Shown: positions 1-10,876 of the stretch, in pieces | Layout: the number at the start of each line of letters is the position of its first letter | How positions within the stretch are numbered: position 1 is the first letter of the stretch | NCBI GenBank assembly: GCA_037305845.1 | Contig: CP147778.1 | Span: 1,856,001 to 1,920,000, forward strand | DNA length: 64,000 nucleotides | Direction of reading: 5' to 3' | From: Candidatus Freyarchaeum deiterrae | GTDB taxonomy: Archaea > Asgardarchaeota > Jordiarchaeia > Jordiarchaeales > Jordiarchaeaceae | Position numbers and translations under genes: made by a program | Notes under the pieces: model-generated | Told to the model about the DNA's origin: nothing | What the model saw: only the letters and a program-made list of their open reading frames with translations | Databases searched by the model: none

Positions 1-483
1 CCTGTCTAACAAGTGACCTGTAAGGTTAGATATGGGTTTGAAGCCAAATTCTTTTATTGTTTTCTCAACTATTTCGCCTATGTGATTTGATTTCACTCCA
101 TGTTTGATGGTTTTCAAAGCGTTTTCAAGAGCAGACTCTGAAGCTTTAACCAATTCTAGGCTCACCTTACCAACACTCACAGTTAGCGATGTGTCGGCAA
201 TAAAACCTCCAACATGAACCCCGATATCTACCTTAACTAAAGACTTAGGAGGAATAGTAGATTTATCACCCGGCGGAGAAGTATAATGTGCTGCAACATC
301 ATTCAACGAGATATTTAGTGGGAACGCCAGCTTACCATTCTCCTTTATGATCTTTTTCTCTAACGTTTCACAGATTTTTATTAGCGGAGTTCCCTCTTTA
401 ACTATTTTTTCCGCTTCCGCTCTAACCTTTGCTGCTATATTTCCAGCTGTCCTATAAGCTTCTAAAGCCTGGGCATCTAGCAT
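1..483 (-). CDS. map: Type II methionine aminopeptidase (runs off the window start)
   Basis: Manual translation from ATG 483: MLDAQALEAYRTAG...AFPLNISLNDVAAHY...KVDIGVHVGGFIADT...PISNLTGH, the MetAP2 metal-binding motifs. Confidence 0.93.
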   Translation of the reverse strand, partial: MLDAQALEAYRTAGNIAAKVRAEAEKIVKEGTPLIKICETLEKKIIKENGKLAFPLNISLNDVAAHYTSPPGDKSTIPPKSLVKVDIGVHVGGFIADTSLTVSVGKVSLELVKASESALENALKTIKHGVKSNHIGEIVEKTIKEFGFKPISNLTGHLLDR

Positions 484-587
484 TATTTATATCCCCTTTC
501 ATATGTTTCAGTATGTGAAATATAATTGTTCTGTGAAGATGTACATATAACTATTATCAGTCTACTAGCGATGTTGGAGAGGATAGT

Positions 588-1061
588 ATGCCATACAAGT
601 TTAAATTGGTAGGAGTTTCAGGGACCTTTGATAGACTTCATATCGGACACATAGCCCTGCTACGTAAGGCCTTTGAGGTCAGCGAACGCGTAGCGATTGG
701 ACTAACTACAAGCAGAATGATTCAACACAAAAATCTTGCAGAGAAAATAGAACCCTATGAGGTGAGAAAGAAAAAATTGGAGGAATTTCTCAAAAAAGAG
801 GGCTATCTAGAAAGAGCTGAAATATTGAGCTTGGATGATCCCTACGGCCCAGCCATAATGGACTCGGGATTAGAAGCATTAGTCGCAACTGAAGAAACCT
901 CGACCGGAGTTGAAAAAATTAATATAATACGCAGAGAGAAAGGGTTACCACCTCTAGAAGTCGTACTAGCACCCATCATATTAGCCGAAGATAAGAAGCG
1001 TGTTTCAAGTACACGAATTCGTGAAGGAAGAATCAATGCGCAAGGAAAACTACTGAAATAA
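588..1061 (+). CDS. coaD: Phosphopantetheine adenylyltransferase, archaeal/eukaryal type
   Basis: GTFDRLHIGH nucleotidyltransferase motif, DPYGP, RVSSTRIR. Confidence 0.9.
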   Translation: MPYKFKLVGVSGTFDRLHIGHIALLRKAFEVSERVAIGLTTSRMIQHKNLAEKIEPYEVRKKKLEEFLKKEGYLERAEILSLDDPYGPAIMDSGLEALVATEETSTGVEKINIIRREKGLPPLEVVLAPIILAEDKKRVSSTRIREGRINAQGKLLK

Positions 1062-1311
1062 TCCCGTTATTATTTTAACAGAATTAAAAATTGCCCAAAT
1101 ATGTGTTACAGGTGATTATAATTGTATTATTTTTATATACACTTTTTACACATCTATTTAACAGTTGTTTATTATAACATTTCCAAAAATATTTATGAGT
1201 GTTATTAGATAAAGGATAACCCAAATTTTTTTAAGAGTTCTTAGCATTTGGTTAAACGCTGAGTCAGTAATTAGTTACTAGCCCCTTAGATTTAGCTCTG
1301 GAGGAAAGAGT

Positions 1312-2835
1312 ATGGAGAAAGAGCAATGGAAATTACGCGAAATAGAGCTTAAAATTCTAAAAGCTTTGAACAAAAGCAAAGCCGAAATGACAATCAGTGA
1401 TTTAGAAAAAGTAACAGGGCTGGATCACGTTGCAATAATTAGAGCCGCAGCTTGGCTAAGTGAGAAAGGTTTAGTGAAACAAAAAGAAACACAAGAAGTT
1501 TATGTTGAGCTACTCACGGAGGGCTACGAATATGTGGAGCAAGGGCTTCCAGAGAGAAAGCTTCTAAATACTATTGTAAAGTTAGGAGGAAGCGCTACTT
1601 TATCTCAGCTTTCTAAGGAAACCGGTCTTTCCGATAAAGACTTGAACATAGCTCTTGGATGGATTCGAAAAAAGGGCTGGGCTAACTTTAGGAAGCAGGA
1701 TGGCGAAAATCTCCTACAGGTTAAAGAGTCTCCTCCTCTTGGAGATGACGAAGAATTATTGAAAGTTTTAAAGGATAAGGGTGAAATGGAAGTCTCCCAA
1801 CTTTCAGATGAAACGAGAAAAACTCTTGATTTCCTGCAAAAGAGAGAACTGATCAATACGCGTCAAGAAACAATCCGTTCTCTGGCTCTTACTGAGGCGG
1901 GAATAAAACTCGTTCAGTCTGGTGTCAGTGTTACAGAGGAAGTTAGCAACCTGACTTCAGAACTCATCAAGTCAGGAAAATGGCGTGAAACTGTACTTAG
2001 AAAATACGATATTGAGGCTCCGGTTAGCTCTGTCTACCCTGGAAAAATTCATCCAGTCATAGAATTAATTAATGAGATTAGGGAAATTTTTTTGGACTTG
2101 GGTTTTACAGAAATAAGGGGGCCGTTTGTTGAATCCGCTTTCTGGAACTTTGATGCGTTATTCCAACCTCAGGATCACCCTGCACGTGAGATGCACGACA
2201 CATTTTACTTAAAATTTCCGAAAACTGCTAAATTACCCGACAAACAAATAGTGCAAAATGTATCTAAAACTCATGAAAACGGATGGGAAACGGGTTCAAC
2301 TGGCTGGGGCTATAAATGGAGCAGTAAAGTTGCTCGTCAAACAATTTTAAGAACACACACCACAGCAACAACGATTCGTTACTTAGCAGAGCACCCAGAT
2401 CCTCCAGTAAAGGTTTTTTCCGTTGATAGAGTTTATAGAAACGAGAAATTGGACTATAAGCATCTAGCAGAATTCTTCCAAATAGAAGGTATAGTTGTAG
2501 ATGAAAATGTGACACTAAGAGACCTTATGGGAACCCTGACCGAATTTTACAAGAATCTCGGATTCGAGAAAGTGCAGTTCTGGCCTAGTTATTTCCCTTA
2601 CACGGAGCCTTCGCTTCAGTCTACCGTTTATGTGGAAGAATTTGGTTGGATAGAACTCTGTGGAATGGGAATCTTTCGCCCCGAAGTAACGCTTCCCCTA
2701 GGTGTTAAGGTTCCTGTACTTGCTTGGGGTGGCGGTTTCGAGAGGCTTGCTATGCTACGCCTCGGTTTAGAAGATGTGAGAGAACTTTATAAAAACGATT
2801 TAGCATGGATTAGAAAAACCCCCATTCTTCTCTAG
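1312..2835 (+). CDS. pheS: Phenylalanine-tRNA ligase alpha subunit
   Basis: FWNFDALFQPQDHPAREMHDTF, YFPYTEPS, archaeal N-terminal winged helices. Confidence 0.97.
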   Translation: MEKEQWKLREIELKILKALNKSKAEMTISDLEKVTGLDHVAIIRAAAWLSEKGLVKQKETQEVYVELLTEGYEYVEQGLPERKLLNTIVKLGGSATLSQLSKETGLSDKDLNIALGWIRKKGWANFRKQDGENLLQVKESPPLGDDEELLKVLKDKGEMEVSQLSDETRKTLDFLQKRELINTRQETIRSLALTEAGIKLVQSGVSVTEEVSNLTSELIKSGKWRETVLRKYDIEAPVSSVYPGKIHPVIELINEIREIFLDLGFTEIRGPFVESAFWNFDALFQPQDHPAREMHDTFYLKFPKTAKLPDKQIVQNVSKTHENGWETGSTGWGYKWSSKVARQTILRTHTTATTIRYLAEHPDPPVKVFSVDRVYRNEKLDYKHLAEFFQIEGIVVDENVTLRDLMGTLTEFYKNLGFEKVQFWPSYFPYTEPSLQSTVYVEEFGWIELCGMGIFRPEVTLPLGVKVPVLAWGGGFERLAMLRLGLEDVRELYKNDLAWIRKTPILL

Positions 2836-2842
2836 AATTCAA

Positions 2843-4522
2843 TTGGAGGAATGCAAAATTCCAGTAATAACTCTGAATTGTAATCGAATGAGTGAGCTAT
2901 TAAGAAAAAAAATTAGTTCTGACGAACTCGAGAAAATAGTTCCATGGCTCGGAGTTGACATAGAGGAAAAAACAGAAAATTATGTCAAAATTGAGTACAA
3001 TCCTAATCGACCAGACTTCTCAAGCCAAGAAGGAATTGCACGCGCTCTGAGAGGATTAATGGAAATAGAAACCGGGCTCCCAAAATACAGAACTTCTGAG
3101 AGCGGCATAACCGTAAAGGTGGATCCTGCCATAGCAGAGATCAGACCATACATAGTTTGCGCGGTTATAAGGAATATTTCATTAAATGATGAAAATATCA
3201 TAGAACTCGTAGGTATGCAGGAGGATTTACATTGGGCCATAGGAAGAAATCGGGTGAAAGCGTCTATAGGCATTCATGACCTCGCTAATGTTAAACCGCC
3301 TTTTGAGTATCGGGCTGTAGATCCAGAAGGAATAAAGTTTATCCCTCTTAATTGGGCGGTAGAAACTACTCCTCGAGAAATTTTAGCTAAACATCCAAAG
3401 GGTTTAGAATACGCTCACATAATGGAAGGAAAGTCCAAGTACCCAATTATCACCGATGCCAATAATGATGTTTTATCATTTCCCCCCATAATTAACGGAA
3501 TTTTAACTCAACTAACCGAAAAAACAAGAAATCTTTTCATAGACGTTACTGGAACCACAATGAACCATATTAATATCGCCTTGAACATTCTTGTAACAGC
3601 ACTGGCGGAAGGAGGGGCCAAAATAGAGAGTGTCAAAATTGAATATCCTGACGAGATAATTAAAACACCAGACCTCACCCCTCAAACTTGGTCTATACAC
3701 GCTGAGTATGTTAACCGTTTACTAGGACTAAAACTTTCAACAGAAGAAATTATGCATTGCTTAGAAAAAGTGCGCATGGGCTCTAAATCAGAGAATGGTG
3801 AAATAAAATTACTAGTTCCTGCTTACCGCTACGACATTATGCATGAGGTGGACTTCGTTGAGGAAGTAGCCATAGGATACGGATTATATAATTTAACACC
3901 CACTCTTCCCAAAACGGTAACAATCGCAAAAGTTCATCCCTATCAAAAACTATCAAATTTAGTAAGACGTATACTAACAGGATTAGGATTTAATGAAGTA
4001 GTTAACTTCACACTAACAAATATTAAAGAGCATTACGAATATATGCGGACTAAAGGCAATCCGATAGAATTGCTTAACCCTGTAAGCTCAGAATACAACA
4101 TGGCAAGAGACGCCCTACTACCCGGGCTAATTAGGACTCTTAGAATCAACAAACATGAGGCATTACCCCAAAAAATTTTCGAGGTGGGTGATGTTGTTTT
4201 TTATGATCCTGAAGCTGAAACCAGCGCTACCCGCAAACTGAACGTCGCAGTGGCAATAACCGATACCGAGATAGGATTTACCGATATAAAAGCTACCTCC
4301 GAGGCCCTGTTAAGGGAGCTGGGATGTGAACAATGGAAATTCCAGCCTACATCCCTTCCAAGTTTCATTGACGGACGGACAGCCCTAGTGGAAGCAGATG
4401 GAAAAGTAATAGGCCATGTTGGTGAGATTCATCCAGAAGTATTAAATAATTTCAACTTGGAATATCCAGTAGGGGCTTTTGAATATAGTCTTGAATCTTT
4501 CTTGGAGAGGATTAAAAAATGA
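2843..4522 (+). CDS. pheT: Phenylalanine-tRNA ligase beta subunit (true start possibly ATT at 2858)
   Basis: NPNRPD, QEDLH..IGRNR, RYDIMHEVDFVEEVAIGYG, GEIHPEVL; follows pheS. Confidence 0.96.
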   Translation: MEECKIPVITLNCNRMSELLRKKISSDELEKIVPWLGVDIEEKTENYVKIEYNPNRPDFSSQEGIARALRGLMEIETGLPKYRTSESGITVKVDPAIAEIRPYIVCAVIRNISLNDENIIELVGMQEDLHWAIGRNRVKASIGIHDLANVKPPFEYRAVDPEGIKFIPLNWAVETTPREILAKHPKGLEYAHIMEGKSKYPIITDANNDVLSFPPIINGILTQLTEKTRNLFIDVTGTTMNHINIALNILVTALAEGGAKIESVKIEYPDEIIKTPDLTPQTWSIHAEYVNRLLGLKLSTEEIMHCLEKVRMGSKSENGEIKLLVPAYRYDIMHEVDFVEEVAIGYGLYNLTPTLPKTVTIAKVHPYQKLSNLVRRILTGLGFNEVVNFTLTNIKEHYEYMRTKGNPIELLNPVSSEYNMARDALLPGLIRTLRINKHEALPQKIFEVGDVVFYDPEAETSATRKLNVAVAITDTEIGFTDIKATSEALLRELGCEQWKFQPTSLPSFIDGRTALVEADGKVIGHVGEIHPEVLNNFNLEYPVGAFEYSLESFLERIKK

Positions 4523-5061
4523 AGCCTGCGATTCTGGTAATTGACATGCTTAACGATTTTGTTCTAGAGGGAGCGCCTCTAGTATGTGGTAAAGTAAGAG
4601 AGATAATAAAGCCGATAAAACGCCTTATAGAACAAGGAAGAAAGAAAAACATTCCAATAATATACGTAACGGACAGCCACGACCCTGACGATAAAGAATT
4701 TAAAATATGGCCGCCACACGCTGTAGAGAACTCTAAGGGCGCAGAGGTTATAGACGAGTTAAAGCCTCAAAAGGGAGAAATAATCGTTAGAAAAAAAACA
4801 TATGACGGCTTTTTCAGGACAAATCTAGAGAAAGTGCTAAAAGAAAAGAAAATCGACACTCTGATACTAACTGGAGTATGTACCGATATCTGTATTCTTC
4901 ACACCGGTAGCACTGCCACACTACTCGGCTATAATGTAAAGGTTCCGAGAGAATGCGTAGCTGCGCTAACAGACGAAGACCACAATTTTGCTCTGAAACA
5001 CCTAGAAAAAGTTCTCAAATCCGAAGTCAATACTTTGGATAATATAATGAAACAACTTTAA
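4519..5061 (+). CDS. Isochorismatase/nicotinamidase family cysteine hydrolase
   Basis: VIDMLNDF, WPPH, KKTYDGF, GVCTDIC; start overlaps pheT stop. Confidence 0.88.
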   Translation: MKPAILVIDMLNDFVLEGAPLVCGKVREIIKPIKRLIEQGRKKNIPIIYVTDSHDPDDKEFKIWPPHAVENSKGAEVIDELKPQKGEIIVRKKTYDGFFRTNLEKVLKEKKIDTLILTGVCTDICILHTGSTATLLGYNVKVPRECVAALTDEDHNFALKHLEKVLKSEVNTLDNIMKQL

Positions 5062-5397
5062 CTGATTTTTATTACTAAAAAATAAAAACTGCTGCCCACT
5101 TTTCCTAATCAACAGGGTCATAACTTTTTCTAATTATAAAATTTACATTACTAACATGAAACAATAGGTTTTGGAGCGACTTTTATACAATGGCCAGTGT
5201 TTTTTATAAAATTATAACTGTCTTATGTTTCAATAATTTTGTTAATATAAATATTAATATTTATGTAATTGTCTCTGTTTAATAAAAATTACTTCGGCAA
5301 AATTAGAACTTTTTTTTAATATTCGCCAAAAGTCTTATATATTATAGTTTATGACCTCTTTAGTAATCTAATTCCTTTTTCTGAGGAGTTGTGTCTT

Positions 5398-6174
5398 ATG
5401 AGTAAACTCACTGATGAGAGTAAAAAAAGTCTATGCCAGAGTATTGCTGGTGAAATAGCGTTGTCTGATGATCCAGGTAAAGTAATGCGTAAGTGGAGAG
5501 AGAAATTTCAGATTGCGCAGAAGGATTTGGCTGGATATCTTGGAATCTCTCCATCAGTGATTAGTGACTATGAAAGCGGTAGAAGGGTGTCTCCCCGAAT
5601 AGACACTATGAGAAAATTTGTAGAGTCTCTTGTGGCTATTGATGAGATAAAGGGCGGGCAGATAGTTAATGGTTTGATTAGGATTTTAACCAGGGAAATA
5701 CCCTCAGATATTATTCTGGATATTAGAGAGTTTCCATACGCGATTAAATCTGAGGTTTTATGCGAATACTTAGAATGTGAAGTTCTTGCCAATAGCGAAA
5801 TGTTAAGTCAGCCAATATATGGATACACTGCTGTGGATGTTATTAATGCGATCGTCAATCTATCTTCCGATCAGCTTCTCACGCTTTATGGAGCTACACC
5901 CCAGCGTGCAGCCATATTCACCAATGTAGTTAGTGGAAGAGCTTCTATGGTAGCCATTAAAACGAGTCAAATGGGCACTACTCGTTCATTAAAGCCTTCT
6001 CTACTAATAATTCACGGACCCAAGAAAGTGAATCAAGTAGATCCGCTCGCTATAAAAATAGCAGAGGTAGAACGTATACCCCTCGCAGTAACAAAGATAG
6101 AAAGTGTAGATGCATTAATAAAAGCATTAAGAAGCTTTATGTCAAAGGAAATAACAACTATCACAACTCCATAA
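5398..6174 (+). CDS. Archaeal XRE-type HTH transcriptional regulator (COG1709-like)
   Basis: MRKWREKFQIAQKDLAGYLGISPSVISDYESGRR HTH; RAAIFTNVVSGRASMVAIK. Confidence 0.8.
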   Translation: MSKLTDESKKSLCQSIAGEIALSDDPGKVMRKWREKFQIAQKDLAGYLGISPSVISDYESGRRVSPRIDTMRKFVESLVAIDEIKGGQIVNGLIRILTREIPSDIILDIREFPYAIKSEVLCEYLECEVLANSEMLSQPIYGYTAVDVINAIVNLSSDQLLTLYGATPQRAAIFTNVVSGRASMVAIKTSQMGTTRSLKPSLLIIHGPKKVNQVDPLAIKIAEVERIPLAVTKIESVDALIKALRSFMSKEITTITTP

Positions 6175-6244
6175 AGGATCCTGTCTCAAAAAAAAAGTTT
6201 CAATTCTAAGGGTATGGTTTTTCCCTCAGAAAATATTCTTTGTT

Positions 6245-7255
6245 CTAGTCCTCGTCTCTGAGGTCTATCATGTCTAGTGCTCCAGGCCCAGTTCCTATAA
6301 GGCATACTGGAATTTTTATTACTTCCTCTACTTTTCTTATGAAAGAGAGGCTTTCTTCGGGCAATTTGTCTATTGATCTAGCTCCGCTACATTCTGGATA
6401 GATTACGTCAAATTTTGTAATGGCAGCTTTAGTGGCACCATTTAGCATTACCGCTCTTTTTGCTAATTCAAAATTGAAGGGTGCAGCTCTTCTTTTTCTT
6501 CCAGTTACGGTTCCTGTTTCAAACCAGCCACGCTTTTTAGCCTCTTCTTCAGATAATTCTCCTGGGAGTTCACCCGCCCCCACTCTTGTGGTAAACGATT
6601 TGAATACAATAAAAACCTCATCTATCTTAGTTGGCCCTACTCCCACATCGGCGCAAGCTTGGGAGGCGGTGGTGTCCTTGCTGGTTACGAAAGGATAAGT
6701 ACCATGATATAGTGAGAGAAATGTACCTTGAGTTCCTTCTATTAAAACATGTTCTCCATCATTAATTGCGGTATTAACCTCTAATGGAACATCGGTAATG
6801 TAATTTGCAAGGTCCGGAATGTCTTTTGCTAGTTTAACTTTTCTCATTGCTCTCTCTGCATTACAAGGCCCGCACCCGGAACCTGTGCTTCCAATTTTTC
6901 CTTTAAGAAATGAGGAACCTCTATCTTCTTCTATGTGTTTTTCTTCAATTATTGCGCACTGACGATCAATCTTTAGTCTTTCTCCAACTCCTGTTTCCTC
7001 TGCCTCTTTTTTTAGAACATCAGCATTAACCAGCACACCGGGGCCGATTAGTATTTTGGATTTTTCTTGGACGAATCCGCTGGATATCTGTCTCAACTTA
7101 TAGGTCTTACCCTCGTATTCGACAGTGTGCCCCGCATTTGTGCCAACACCCGCTCGTACACATACTGAAGGCTCATCTTTTATCGCTAGATAAGAAACAA
7201 TTTTGCCTTTTCCTTCATCTCCGAAAAAGCCGCCTACAAGAACATGACAGGTCAA
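6245..7255 (-). CDS. purA: Adenylosuccinate synthetase, short archaeal form
   Basis: GDEGKGK, NAGHT, EGTQG, YPFVTS, TVTGRKRR. Confidence 0.97.
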   Translation of the reverse strand: MTCHVLVGGFFGDEGKGKIVSYLAIKDEPSVCVRAGVGTNAGHTVEYEGKTYKLRQISSGFVQEKSKILIGPGVLVNADVLKKEAEETGVGERLKIDRQCAIIEEKHIEEDRGSSFLKGKIGSTGSGCGPCNAERAMRKVKLAKDIPDLANYITDVPLEVNTAINDGEHVLIEGTQGTFLSLYHGTYPFVTSKDTTASQACADVGVGPTKIDEVFIVFKSFTTRVGAGELPGELSEEEAKKRGWFETGTVTGRKRRAAPFNFELAKRAVMLNGATKAAITKFDVIYPECSGARSIDKLPEESLSFIRKVEEVIKIPVCLIGTGPGALDMIDLRDED

Positions 7256-7489
7256 CCGTTAACCTCCATCAAATTTTTCAAAAGCGATAACTATAATGTT
7301 TAAACCCAATTAGAAGTACACTTATTGCCTATATTTTTCAAATTATAAACCGAATTTCTGATGTCTCAATTTGTTTTTAAGTTTTCCCTTTCCAGTTATT
7401 GAAGATATTAGAAGGTTTTTTGTGTAACAATTATATCCCTTTATTACAATTGTTTCATAACAGTTTAACGAATTGGAGAGTTAAATTAA

Positions 7490-8639
7490 ATGTGGAAACT
7501 AATTCGCCCTGATGCGTATAGAGTTTGGAATGATAGTATTGTTCGAGAAAGGCTTTGGAGATACTACGAGGTATTTAATAACAGACTCAACGCCAAGTTT
7601 TTAATTGCTTTGAAAGTGGGTGCAGATGTGGAACTAGATGCTGAATCGGGTAAGCTCTGGAGTGTACACGATAAAACTAGTGGCATATTCAGAGGCCTCT
7701 TGAAACGTGTTGACACAGGTGAAGTAAAATTAGATGATATGGACTCACCGAAGATTTCTTATTTAGATCTAAAGGTTGAACTTGCCCGTAGAATTCTATC
7801 CGAGTGCCATTTCTGTGAAAGGCGGTGCGGAGCTAACAGATTAGAGGACAAGAAAGGATTTTGTAAATTAGGAAGCGCGTCTTATGTATCCACGGCTTTC
7901 TTGCACACTGGTGAGGAAGCTCCCTTAGTTCCATCCGGCACAAACGCTTAATGAGCATTGCTCTAGCGGTGCATTCTTCTTCTCCAGTTGCACGTTTAAA
8001 TGTGTATTTTGTCAGAACTACGATATTTCAACAAATCCGAAAAGCGGTATTGAAACTTCAGGAGAAAGTCTTGCACGAATAAGTAGAGACTTGAGAAGAG
8101 AGGGTGCAAGAAATGTAAATTATGTGGGCGGGGAGCCAACACCCAATACTTACAACATTTTAAAAGGTATCAGGGAAACCAAAACAAACGTTGCTCAACT
8201 ATGGAATTCTAACATGTACTGCTCTAAAGAATGCATGAAACTTCTGCTAGATGTTATGGATTTTTGGCTTCCAGACTTTAAATATGGAAACGACCAGTGC
8301 GCCGAAAGATTAAGCAAAGTTTCGAATTATTGGGAAATCGTCTCCAGAAACCATAAGATGGCTTACGATGAAACCGTAGAAACCGGAGCGTCAGGTATGA
8401 TCATAAGACACCTAGTTTTACCAAGTCATATCGAATGCTGTACCAAACCGGTTCTTGAGTGGATAGCTAAAAACTGCCCAAAGGCTTTGGTTAATATCAT
8501 GGAACAATATCATCCTACACATGAAGTATCAGGAAACAAGGAGTTCATGGACATAGATAGAAAAGTCACTCATGAAGAGATGGAAGAGGCGTACAGGACC
8601 GCTGATGAATTGGGAATTATCTGGCAACCTGTATCTTAA
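7490..8639 (+). CDS. PflX-like radical SAM protein, spliced: join(7490..7943,7975..8639), 372 aa
   Basis: After removing a 31-nt BHB intron it reads HTGEEAPLVPSGT-I-FFSSCTFKCVFCQNYDIS (CxxxCxxC), then VGGEPTP and LPDFKYGN. Confidence 0.88.
7944..7974 (+). other. 31-nt BHB intron in the PflX-like gene
   Basis: GCAC-AA^A ... GTGC-AT^T; inner stems CGCT/AGCG and GAGC/GCTC; removal repairs the frameshift and stop. Confidence 0.88.
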
Positions 8640-8884
8640 TAGAGTTAAGTTATCTACAATTCTCAACCCACATCCCTAAATTGAGACAATACATTGAAAT
8701 CATGTTCCGTAAATATTATCTTCGGATTATATTGTCTTAATACATTTTTTAAACGTCTTAGATAAAAATAAAAAGTGTTGACTAGATAATTATAGTTTTG
8801 TTTTAAATGCTGTTTTAAATTTTGAAAGGGTAGATTTTTATCGAGTTTAGATTAAATTGATGCTTAGAGAAGAGTTGATAAATA

Positions 8885-9769
8885 TTGCTTGAAAAAACAG
8901 TAATACCCGGTCCTAGCTCACAGCTCTTGGGACTACGCCTCGCAAGGTGTTTAAAGTCAAGCGTGGTTCCTATAGAGTTTAAGACTTTCCCAGATGGAGA
9001 AAGATACATTCGGATAAAGGAAGAACCAAAGAATGGTCATGCTGTTGTAGTTCAGTCTACGATACCGCCTGATCCCAATCAATGTATAATTGAACTTTGT
9101 TTCATACTTGAAACTCTTAAGGAAATAGGTTTGGAGAAAATCACTGCAGTGATTCCCTATTTCGCTTACGCCCGCCAAGACAAAAAATTTCTACCTGGCG
9201 AGGCCGTAAGTGGAAAGATAATTTGCGATATCATACAGAACGCTGGGGCTGATGAAGTAATAACTGTGGATATTCATAGCAAAAGAATTTTAGAAAATTT
9301 CAAAATTCCCATAAGAGATGTTAGTGCAGTTCCTCTGCTTGGGGAATACTTGAACAATTTTAAACTAACTAACCCCTTAATTATTTCCCCAGATGAGGGA
9401 GCGATTGAAAGGGCTAGAACTCTTGCGGTTTTCATGGATGCTGAATACGTTACGTTTACTAAATCCCGGGATAAGCACACAGGTGAAATTGAAATATTGA
9501 TTAAAGAAATCGATGTTGCTAATCGCGATGTAGTTATAATAGATGACATTATCAGTACTGGCGGAACTATGGCGAGTGCGGTTGAAATCGCTAAGAGTCA
9601 GGGAGCTGCTCGAGTTTATGCAGCATGTACTCATGCTGTTTTGGTGGGTGATTCCAGATTTAAAATTCTTAACGCAGGGGCGAATGAGATAATCGGAACT
9701 GACACAGTTCCCAGCGATGTGAGTTTCGTATCTGCGGCTCCTATTATTGCTGAGGCGCTAAAAGAGTGA
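8885..9769 (+). CDS. prs: Ribose-phosphate pyrophosphokinase
   Basis: FPDGE, PYFAYARQDK, IIDDIISTGGT. Confidence 0.96.
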   Translation: MLEKTVIPGPSSQLLGLRLARCLKSSVVPIEFKTFPDGERYIRIKEEPKNGHAVVVQSTIPPDPNQCIIELCFILETLKEIGLEKITAVIPYFAYARQDKKFLPGEAVSGKIICDIIQNAGADEVITVDIHSKRILENFKIPIRDVSAVPLLGEYLNNFKLTNPLIISPDEGAIERARTLAVFMDAEYVTFTKSRDKHTGEIEILIKEIDVANRDVVIIDDIISTGGTMASAVEIAKSQGAARVYAACTHAVLVGDSRFKILNAGANEIIGTDTVPSDVSFVSAAPIIAEALKE

Positions 9770-10812
9770 GACAAGACCAATTTTATATTTTGTCAGGAGA
9801 GAATCCCACTATTCCAAGCGCTGAATGCCTAGCAATTCTTGAAAGCCTCAATATACCCTACAAAGCAGAAAAATATGAACAGGTGCTAATTTTAAACTCA
9901 GAGGAGGAAAGCTGCCAACGAATAGCTGAGCGGGCTGCAATGGTTCACAATTGTTGTATTTTACTAACTAAAAGTGAAGCAAACATTGACCAGATAATGG
10001 GGTCTGTTCGAGAAATAGATTTTCAAAAACACATTTCTAACGATGATACCTTCGCCGTGAGAATAAAGCACATAAGTAACTATTCACAGGAATTAAGTTC
10101 AACTCTCCTTGAAAAAGAAATTGGAAACATAATCCATAAAAGTGTAGGAGCAAAAGCGAATCTCAGAAACCCCGATAAATTACTTTATGGGGTCCTAACA
10201 GAGAATGTTTTCATATTTGGAAAGAACGTTCGAAGATCCGAAAGGAAAACACTGGGTTTAAGAAAAGCCAAGTTTAGACCCTTTTTTATTCCCAGTTCTA
10301 TGAACCCCCCTCTTGCTAGAGCAATGGTTAATCTGTCTAGAGCTCGCCCCAAAGGTATTTTTTACGATCCATTTTGTGGAGCTGGAGGACTTCTAATCGA
10401 AGCCGGACTTATGGGATGTAAACTCATAGGTTCAGACATCGATATAAAAATGGTTTTAGGAACGGAAAAGAACCTCAAACATTTCAACTTAGAAGATTGG
10501 AATATACTTCAATCAGATGCCAAAAACTTGACTATAAACAAAGCTAATAGTATAGCGACAGATCCACCTTACGGAGGAGCTGCCTCCACTAAGGGTATCC
10601 GCCGCGAAAAACTAATTGCGGGTTTCATAGAAGAAATAGCCGGCATATCTAGTTCAGTTGGATACATATGTATGGGTGCGCCCTCCACAATAGACTTGGA
10701 AGAACTTGTTAAAGAAGCAGGTTTACAGACAGTAGAAAAACATTTAGTACGAGCACACAAGAGTTTAACCCGCCAAATTATAGTATTAAGAAAGCCAACT
10801 TCTGACAGCTGA
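9766..10812 (+). CDS. trm11: tRNA (guanine10-N2) methyltransferase, THUMP + MTase
   Basis: RPFF.PSSMNP.LARAMVNL, DPFCGAGG, TDPPYG. Confidence 0.88.
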   Translation: MRQDQFYILSGENPTIPSAECLAILESLNIPYKAEKYEQVLILNSEEESCQRIAERAAMVHNCCILLTKSEANIDQIMGSVREIDFQKHISNDDTFAVRIKHISNYSQELSSTLLEKEIGNIIHKSVGAKANLRNPDKLLYGVLTENVFIFGKNVRRSERKTLGLRKAKFRPFFIPSSMNPPLARAMVNLSRARPKGIFYDPFCGAGGLLIEAGLMGCKLIGSDIDIKMVLGTEKNLKHFNLEDWNILQSDAKNLTINKANSIATDPPYGGAASTKGIRREKLIAGFIEEIAGISSSVGYICMGAPSTIDLEELVKEAGLQTVEKHLVRAHKSLTRQIIVLRKPTSDS

Positions 10813-10876
10813 AGACAAATATTTAAACAAAAAGACATTTTTTCCTACAAATGAAATAAACTTCTCGTATAGGAAT

